From Acidimicrobiia bacterium (GTDB lineage: Bacteria; Actinomycetota; Acidimicrobiia; Spongiisociales; UBA5794), in NCBI GenBank assembly GCA_027036355.1, contig JALVQZ010000101.1:1-40560 (forward strand): a stretch of DNA of 40,560 nucleotides, given 5' to 3'. Below, in pieces: positions 35,045 through 40,560 of the stretch. The position numbers were made by a program, and so were the translations under genes. The notes beneath the pieces were generated by a model. That model worked only from the letters and a program-made list of their open reading frames with translations. It was not told the origin of the DNA and ran no database searches. Each line of letters starts with the position of its first letter. Positions within the stretch are counted from its first letter, which is position 1.

Positions 35045-35488
35045 TCAAGGGACCAAGAGCACGGGACACGGCGCTTCGTGGACCAGGTGATGGGCGACCG
35101 AGCCGAGCACCACTCGCTTGAGGAGCCCGCCTCCGTGCTTTCCGATCACGAGGACGTCGGCGTCGTGGTTCTCGCACACCGCGATGAGTTGGCTGGCGGG
35201 ATCCCCGATCTCCTCGTCGGTGTCGTAGTCGACGCCCGACAGGTCGAGGGCGTTGACGGTCGTGTCGAGCACCTCCTTCTGGGCGTCGGCGAGGGCGTCG
35301 CCGAGTGCCGTCGCCGGGGGTGGGGAGCCGACCACGCCCCACCATCCCTCGGGGGGCCGCACGACGGTGGTGATGATGAGCTTCGCTCCGGTCGCCTTGG
35401 CCAGTCCTGCAGCCGTGTTGGCCGCCCGGATCGATTCCGGTGACCCGTCGACTCCCACGACCACAACTCTCGGGTTCCAGACACTCAT
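35045..35488 (-). CDS. Universal stress protein (UspA family)
   Basis: ORF 35045..35524, trimmed to ATG 35488 with AAGGAG upstream. VVVGVDGSPES and C-terminal VIGKHGGGLLKRVVLGSVAHHLVHEAPCPVLLV. Confidence 0.85.
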   Translation of the reverse strand: MSVWNPRVVVVGVDGSPESIRAANTAAGLAKATGAKLIITTVVRPPEGWWGVVGSPPPATALGDALADAQKEVLDTTVNALDLSGVDYDTDEEIGDPASQLIAVCENHDADVLVIGKHGGGLLKRVVLGSVAHHLVHEAPCPVLLVP

Positions 35489-35746
35489 CGTCGTGCTCCT
35501 TGGTCGCTGCGATGGGGCGAACACTACCGGTCACCTCCATACCAGCGCGTGGGCGGCGACGGGGGGAGGGACTTTGGTCCTCACCTGCGGAGCCGGCTCC
35601 CGGTGGCGGCATCCGGCTCGCCGATGGCGTCGGATGGTCGCTATCGTTCACGCCGTCGGGGTCTTCTCGGTGCGTTCGTGGGAACGGACGCGACGAGGCC
35701 TCGACCATCCGAGACGCCGGAACGGTCCGGCAGAGAAAGGCAGAGC

Positions 35747-36010
35747 GTGAACATCTACGTCGGGAACCTTCCCTACTCCTATGGCAATGGCGACCTCGAA
35801 CAGCTCTTCTCCGAGTACGGAGCCGTCACATCCGCCCAGGTCATCATGGACCGCGACACCGGCCGTTCGCGAGGGTTCGGTTTCGTGGAGATGCCCAACG
35901 ACGACGAGGCGCGCCGCGCCATCGACGAACTCGCCGGATCTTCGGTGGGAGGCAGGAACCTGACGGTCAACGAAGCTCGTCCCCGACGCGAGAGAAGCTA
36001 CGAACGCTGA
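35747..36010 (+). CDS. RRM-type (RNP-1/RNP-2) RNA-binding protein
   Basis: End of ORF 35549..36010, with a GTG start at 35747. RNP-2 is IYVGNL and RNP-1 is RGFGFVEM. 87 aa. It follows a 258-nt divergent upstream region. Confidence 0.8.
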   Translation: MNIYVGNLPYSYGNGDLEQLFSEYGAVTSAQVIMDRDTGRSRGFGFVEMPNDDEARRAIDELAGSSVGGRNLTVNEARPRRERSYER

Positions 36011-36234
36011 TGGCAGGCAAGGACGATTACGTTCGGGTACCGGCCACGGTCGTCGAGGTCCTTCGCGACGCGACGTTCCGGGTCAAGCTCGACAACGGCC
36101 TCGAGGTGATGGCGAAGGCGTCCGGAAGGATGCGCAAGGGCCGTCTCATCCGGATCCTCCCGGGTGACAAGGTCGACGTCGAGGTCTCGACGTACGACCC
36201 GACCAAGGGCCGGATCGTCTGGCGCTACCGGTAG
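36010..36234 (+). CDS. infA: Translation initiation factor IF-1 family protein (paralog located outside a ribosomal-protein cluster)
   Basis: End of ORF 35440..36234. ATG 36010 overlaps the RRM gene stop (TGATG). MAGKDDYVRVPATVVEVLRDATFRVKLDNGLEVMAKASGRMRKGRLIRILPGDKVDVEVSTYDPTKGRIVWRYR is collinear with canonical IF-1. Confidence 0.85.
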   Translation: MAGKDDYVRVPATVVEVLRDATFRVKLDNGLEVMAKASGRMRKGRLIRILPGDKVDVEVSTYDPTKGRIVWRYR

Positions 36235-36367
36235 GAGCCGGCCTGTCCGGCCCTGCCGGCGCGGTCGTCTGTAACGCCGCGAGCCGTGCCGCGACTGGTC
36301 ATGGGAACGGCGAGATCGCGCCGTCAGGTCGATCGACGCCGAAGATGCGGCGTCGAGGAGGTCGGAC

Positions 36368-36961
36368 ATGGCCAGGTTCAGTCATCGGTTCTCGGCGGCC
36401 GTCGCGGTGGCGGTGAGCGGAGCGCTCGCGGCGGGCGGGCTCGCGTTCGCAGCGGAGGATGCCGTCGGCGATCGAAGTGCGGCCGAGGCGCCGTCCTCGC
36501 CGATCGAGACGGCCTTCGATCCCGACGCGGGGGTCCTCGTGTACTGGTTCCCCGGCGACGCGGATGCCGAGGCGCCGTCCTGTGCGGAGCTGCTGGCGGA
36601 CGTCGAGGCGCCCGCTCCCGACACCGGTGAGCGCGCCGATCTCCCGGTGCTGCCGGATCCGTGTCACGTCGTGGACGTCGCCGGGCCGGCCGGTCAGGTC
36701 AACCACGGCACGGTCGTGTCGGCGTTCGTCCGTTCCCTCGGGGATGTCGCCTTCGACGGACCGAAGGGTCGGCTCGTGCGGGAGATCGCCCGCTCGGATG
36801 CCGGCAAGGCGGTCGACGGCGACGACGGCGACGATGCGTTCGACGACGCCGATGCACCGGAGGTCGACACCGATGACGTCACCGGCGGCCCTCCGGCCCA
36901 TGCCAGGGCTCGAGCCAGGTCGAGCGCCCCGGGCAAGGGCCACGCCCGCAACGATCGTTGA
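36368..36961 (+). CDS. Secreted hypothetical protein, Asp-rich C-terminal part
   Basis: 197 aa. GAGGAGG lies upstream. Signal peptide FSAAVAVAVSGALAAGGLAFAAE. No family recognised. Confidence 0.6.
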   Translation: MARFSHRFSAAVAVAVSGALAAGGLAFAAEDAVGDRSAAEAPSSPIETAFDPDAGVLVYWFPGDADAEAPSCAELLADVEAPAPDTGERADLPVLPDPCHVVDVAGPAGQVNHGTVVSAFVRSLGDVAFDGPKGRLVREIARSDAGKAVDGDDGDDAFDDADAPEVDTDDVTGGPPAHARARARSSAPGKGHARNDR

Positions 36962-36994
36962 CCTCTCCCGTCCGCACCCGGAAGGGATCTGCCC

Positions 36995-37235
36995 AACCCA
37001 GGGTTGTGGGCGCCCTGTGGGGGCTTGGCGAACCCAGGGTTGTGGGCGCCCTGTGGGGGCTTGGCGAACCCTGGGTTGGTGGCGCCCTCTGAGGGCTTGG
37101 CCAGCCCAGAGTTCGGTGGCGTGACGGTAGACCCGCTGAACCGTGGGCTGTGGGCGCCCTGTGGGGGCTTGGCGAACCCAGGGTTGTGGGGGCCTTGTGA
37201 GGGCTTGGCGAACCCTGGGTTCGGTGTTCTCGGGT
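36995..37235. repeat. Intergenic tandem array of about 7 copies of a 36-bp unit (consensus ACCCAGGGTTGTGGGCGCCCTGTGGGGGCTTGGCGA)
   Basis: Copies counted by hand. 36995-37030 and 37031-37066 are identical. 37139-37174 and 37175-37210 have 3 mismatches each. 37067-37102 has 6 mismatches. 37103-37138 is degenerate. A partial copy starts at 37211. The array fills the gap between the convergent stops at 36961 and 37240. Confidence 0.9.
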
Positions 37236-37239
37236 GGGG

Positions 37240-38016
37240 TCAGCGGCTGTTGAGCTTGGAGAGGAGGCGGAGGATCTCCAGGTACAGCCAGATGAGCGTG
37301 ACCAGGAGGCCGAAGGCGGCGTACCACTCCATGTACGCCGGCGCACGTTCGGCCACGCCTCGCTCGATGAGATCGAAGTCCAGCAGCAGGTTGAACGCGG
37401 CGATGGCGATGACGAAGACCGAGAACCCGATCCCGACGATGCCGGTGTCCCACACGAAGGGCATCTGGACGCCGAAGACCGCCAGCAGCAGCGACACGAG
37501 ATAGAACGCCGCGATCCCCAAGGTCGCGCCGATGATCAACGCACGGGTCTTGTCCGTGACCCGGATCGTGCGGGTCACGTAGAGCACGAGCATGACCAAC
37601 AGCACGATGACGGTGGCCATCACCGCCTGAACCACGATGCCGTTCCAGGCGGACTCGTACACCCGACTGATCGCGCCCAGGAGGACACCCTCGACGGCGG
37701 CGTACACCGGCGCGGTGACGCGCGCCCACTGCGGCTTGAAGATCGTCACGATCGCGACGGCGAGCCCGCCGAGAACCGCAGCGAGGATCCATCCCGGCAT
37801 CGACGTCGCCCCCGACGACACCAGCGTCCATCCCCACACGCCGCCGCCGACGAGGATGGCGAGGAGGACCGCCGTCGCGCGTCCCGTCCCGGCGATCGTC
37901 ATCGCCCCCGTCCCGTCGAGGGCGGCCACCTCGCGGGTGTACGCGCCGGCATCCACGGACGCGGTCGACGCCGCGGCTCGTTCCCCGAAGCCCTTGCTCA
38001 GTACCGGGTTGGCCAT
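37240..38016 (-). CDS. Bax inhibitor-1/YccA-family membrane protein
   Basis: 258 aa. AAGGAG lies upstream. About 7 TM segments after a soluble N-terminus MANPVLSKGF. The C-terminal LLDFDLIERG...YLEILRLL pattern is typical of the family. Confidence 0.8.
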   Translation of the reverse strand: MANPVLSKGFGERAAASTASVDAGAYTREVAALDGTGAMTIAGTGRATAVLLAILVGGGVWGWTLVSSGATSMPGWILAAVLGGLAVAIVTIFKPQWARVTAPVYAAVEGVLLGAISRVYESAWNGIVVQAVMATVIVLLVMLVLYVTRTIRVTDKTRALIIGATLGIAAFYLVSLLLAVFGVQMPFVWDTGIVGIGFSVFVIAIAAFNLLLDFDLIERGVAERAPAYMEWYAAFGLLVTLIWLYLEILRLLSKLNSR

Positions 38017-38108
38017 GTCTGCTCCTTGGTTCGGCCCGCCATGGTACCGGCGAGGTGCGCGATGGCGGCGGTAGAGTCGGCCCGAGCCGGCGGGAACGAG
38101 GAGGAACC

Positions 38109-39464
38109 ATGGGGCGTTTCCCCGCGTCGTTCACGTGGGGCACCTCGACCTCTGCCTACCAGATCGAGGGAGCCTTCGACGAGGACGGCAAAGGGCCGTC
38201 GATCTGGGACGAGTTCGTCCGTCGACCCGGGACGATCGTCGACGGCTCCACCGGCGACGTCGCCTGCGACCACTACCACCGGTGGGCGCAGGACGTCCGC
38301 CTCCTGGCCGAGCTGGGCGTCGACGCCTACCGGTTCTCCGTGTCGTGGCCGAGGGTGATCCCCGACGGCCGCGGCCAGACGAATCCCGCGGGGGTCGGTT
38401 TCTACGATCGCCTCGTCGACGCCCTGCTCGACGTCGGCGTCGAACCGGTCGTCACGCTCTACCACTGGGACCTCCCGCTGGCGCTCGCCGAGCGCGGCGG
38501 ATGGCCGTCGCGGGACACCGCCGAGGTCTTCGCCCGCTACGCCTCGGTGATGGCCGACGCGCTCGGCGATCGCGTGCGCCGCTGGATCACGATCAACGAG
38601 CCGTGGGTCGTCGCCGAGCGCGGGTACGTCTACGGTGACAAGGCCCCGGGCCGTCGCAACGACGGCCCGGCGGCGTTGGCGACCGCCCATCATCTCCTCC
38701 TCGGCCACGGGTTGGCGACCGAGGCCATCGCGGCCGAGCGGCCGGAGGCGCAGGTCGGGATCACCCTCAACCTGAGCCCGGTCGTCGCCGCCTCGAACCA
38801 TCCGCTGGACATCGAGGCGGCGCGACGTCTCGACGGCGACCTCAACCGCTGGTACCTCGACCCCCTCTACGGGCGTGGGTACCCCGATGACGTCGTCGCC
38901 GATCGCCGCGCCGACCGCTGGCTGGGCGCCGGCGGCCTGGACGCCTTCGTCAGGCCCCACGACATGGAGACCATCGCCGCGCCGACCGGCTTCCTCGGCG
39001 TCAACTACTACGAGCGGACCATCGCCAGGGACCCGGCCACGCCGGTCCCTCCCGAGGTCGTCGCCGACGACGCCGCCCGCACCGCGATGGGATGGGAGTC
39101 GTACCCCGACGGTCTGCGGGAGCTCCTTGGGCGTCTCAGGGACGACTACGGTCCGTCCTCGATCCTCGTGACCGAGAACGGAGCGAGCTACCCCGACGGT
39201 CCCGGCCCCGACGGTCGGATCCACGACGAGCGAAGGAGTCGGTTCATCGACGAGCACATCGACGCCGTCGGCGCCGCCATCGCCGAGGGCGTTCCCGTCG
39301 ACGGGTACTTCGTCTGGTCGCTGCTCGACAACTTCGAGTGGGCGTTCGGGTACACCCAGCGGTTCGGCATCGTGTGGGTCGACTTCGCGACCTTGGAACG
39401 GATCCCCAAGGACTCGTACGTCCGCTACCGGGACCGGATCGCCGCCGAGCGGAGGACCCGATGA
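38109..39464 (+). CDS. GH1 beta-glucosidase
   Basis: ORF 38055..39464, trimmed to ATG 38109 with GAGGAGGAA upstream. FTWGTSTSAYQIEGA, acid/base TINEPW, nucleophile VTENGAS, WSLLDNFEW. Confidence 0.92.
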   Translation: MGRFPASFTWGTSTSAYQIEGAFDEDGKGPSIWDEFVRRPGTIVDGSTGDVACDHYHRWAQDVRLLAELGVDAYRFSVSWPRVIPDGRGQTNPAGVGFYDRLVDALLDVGVEPVVTLYHWDLPLALAERGGWPSRDTAEVFARYASVMADALGDRVRRWITINEPWVVAERGYVYGDKAPGRRNDGPAALATAHHLLLGHGLATEAIAAERPEAQVGITLNLSPVVAASNHPLDIEAARRLDGDLNRWYLDPLYGRGYPDDVVADRRADRWLGAGGLDAFVRPHDMETIAAPTGFLGVNYYERTIARDPATPVPPEVVADDAARTAMGWESYPDGLRELLGRLRDDYGPSSILVTENGASYPDGPGPDGRIHDERRSRFIDEHIDAVGAAIAEGVPVDGYFVWSLLDNFEWAFGYTQRFGIVWVDFATLERIPKDSYVRYRDRIAAERRTR

Positions 39465-40560
39465 GCCGGAGGGACGACCGCCGTCGCCTCGTCGGGTTCC
39501 TCTACGGCGCCGAGCGGGCCGAGGAGGTGGCCGACGGGATCGAGGCCATCCTGACACGACATCCCACCCGACGACCGACCGCGCCGCGGTGGGACGAACG
39601 GGACTCCTGGTTGATCGCCTACCCCGATCAGTTCCGTCGACCCGGCGAGGCGCCGCTCGTCACCCTCGACCGCTTCCATCGCCGGCACCTCGATCCCCTC
39701 AACGGCGTACACGTCCTCCCCTTCTTCCCGTGGTCGTCGGACGACGGCTTCGCCGTTACGGACTACACCGAGGTGGACGCCCGATACGGGGACTGGGAGG
39801 ACGTCGAGCGGATCGCCCGGCATCGGCGGCTGATGGTCGACGCGGTCATCAACCACATGTCGGTCGAGGGCGAGTGGTTCCGTCGGTTCCTGGCGGGAGA
39901 CCCCGACTTCGTCCATCTCTTCCGCACGGCCGATCCCTCCGCCGACCTGTCGACATGTGTGCGGCCGAGGACGACCCCGCTCCTCACACCGTTCGAGACC
40001 GACCGGGGCACGGTGTGGGTGTGGACGACGTTCTCGGCCGACCAGGCGGACCTCGACTATCGGGACCCTCGCACCCTCCTCCGCGTCATCGAGGTCCTGC
40101 TGGCCTACGCGCGGCACGGTGCGAAGGTGATCAGGCTCGACGCCGTCGGGTTCCTGTGGAAGCAGGAGGGAACGAGCTGCATCCACCTCCCTCAGACCCA
40201 TGCCTTGATCCGGCTGTTCCGGGCATGCCTCGACGACACGTATCCCGACGTGCTGTTGGTGACCGAGACGAACGTGCCGCACGCCGAGAACGTCTCGTAC
40301 TTCGGGGACGGCTCGATGCCCGAGGCCCAGATCGTCTACCAGTTCGCCCTGGCGCCTCTCACCTTGCATGCGATCTCGTCCGGTGACGTCGATCCGCTCC
40401 GTTCCTGGGCTGCGGGCCTGCGGCTGGATGTGCCGGGGACGACGTTCCTCAACTTCCTGGGTTCCCACGACGGGGTGGGGCTTCGACCCGCGGAGGGGAT
40501 CCTGTCGCCGGACCAGATCGACGCCCTCACCCGTCTGGCCGGCGACAGGATCCCCTCCGC
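39461..40560 (+). CDS. GH13 sucrose-phosphorylase-like sugar phosphorylase, N-terminal part (runs off the right edge)
   Basis: Absent from the ORF track because it has no stop in the window. Hand translation from ATG 39461 (which overlaps the GH1 TGA as ATGA, with GGAGGA upstream): MSRRDDRRRLVGFLYG...WLIAYPDQF...GVHVLPFFPWSSDDGFAVTDYTEVDARYGDWEDV...LMVDAVINHMS...VIRLDAVGFLWKQEGTSCIHLPQTH...LLVTETNVPH...FLNFLGSHDG. The RLDAVGF nucleophile region and the ETN motif fit the sucrose/glucosylglycerate phosphorylase subfamily. Confidence 0.8.
   Translation, partial: MSRRDDRRRLVGFLYGAERAEEVADGIEAILTRHPTRRPTAPRWDERDSWLIAYPDQFRRPGEAPLVTLDRFHRRHLDPLNGVHVLPFFPWSSDDGFAVTDYTEVDARYGDWEDVERIARHRRLMVDAVINHMSVEGEWFRRFLAGDPDFVHLFRTADPSADLSTCVRPRTTPLLTPFETDRGTVWVWTTFSADQADLDYRDPRTLLRVIEVLLAYARHGAKVIRLDAVGFLWKQEGTSCIHLPQTHALIRLFRACLDDTYPDVLLVTETNVPHAENVSYFGDGSMPEAQIVYQFALAPLTLHAISSGDVDPLRSWAAGLRLDVPGTTFLNFLGSHDGVGLRPAEGILSPDQIDALTRLAGDRIPS

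Noticed and set aside
36995-37235. CRISPR array interpretation of the 36-bp repeats
   Set aside because: The units are directly head-to-tail with no unique spacers, no cas genes are nearby, and the copies degenerate internally. This is a minisatellite-type tandem repeat, not a CRISPR.
37004-37235. Multi-core RiPP precursor or repeat protein (WAPCGGLANPGL x n on +, GSPSPHRAPTTL x n on -) encoded by the repeats
   Set aside because: Both candidate ORFs must run on into the BI-1 gene (antisense or out of frame) to find start or stop codons. Neither has an SD or leader-like region, and there are no maturation enzymes nearby. It cannot be fully excluded because the unit is a multiple of 3, but it is unsupported.
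36299-38143. 614-aa minus-strand ORF across the repeat array and BI-1 region
   Set aside because: It is in a different frame from the motif-bearing BI-1/YccA ORF and antisense to the secreted-protein gene. Its composition is low-complexity R/G/P.
1-40560. Mobile elements, prophage, defence islands, toxin-antitoxin pairs
   Set aside because: I recognised no integrase, transposase, recombinase, phage structural, restriction-modification or TA-like sequences in any frame. Gene content and composition look uniformly chromosomal.

Overview
Very GC-rich, strongly GC3-biased chromosomal segment that looks Actinomycetota-like: F420-type enzymes, GGAGG ribosome-binding sites, many GTG starts and ATGA/TGATG coupled genes. 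About 42 protein-coding genes lie on both strands. I found no rRNA, tRNA, CRISPR array, transposase, integrase or prophage signature. Many of the longest ORFs in the supplied track (1483 aa, 1236 aa, 1042 aa, 847 aa, 678 aa, 614 aa) are antisense or off-frame artefacts of the GC content, and I re-trimmed most starts by hand. Two edge genes are missing from the track because they have no stop inside the window: a secreted poly-Thr protein at the left edge and a GH13 sugar phosphorylase at the right edge. Content is mixed. Housekeeping: ppsA, typA, msrB, an IF-1 paralog, a DEAD-box helicase and a UvrD-like helicase. Cell wall: two paralogous M23 peptidases and a DUF4214-L,D-transpeptidase. Nucleobase metabolism: an FCY1-type cytosine deaminase and an 8-oxoguanine-deaminase-like amidohydrolase. 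Also present: PPK2, three F420/flavin-type oxidoreductases, a heterodimeric ABC exporter and several transporters. Most interesting observations: (1) a single-ORF fusion of a PfkB kinase to a DUF2419/QNG1-like queuosine-salvage glycosylase domain that ends in an EndoIII-like Cys4 motif, just downstream of typA; (2) an intergenic array of about 7 tandem 36-bp repeats, each carrying two palindromes, between convergent genes; (3) an orphan histidine kinase translationally coupled to a secreted poly-Thr protein; (4) a stand-alone HisA-like barrel with Asn in place of the N-terminal catalytic Asp; (5) a translationally coupled RRM protein and IF-1 paralog pair; (6) an apparent 1-nt frameshift in an ABC exporter gene. 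All family assignments rest on motif recognition by eye and need HMM or structure confirmation.
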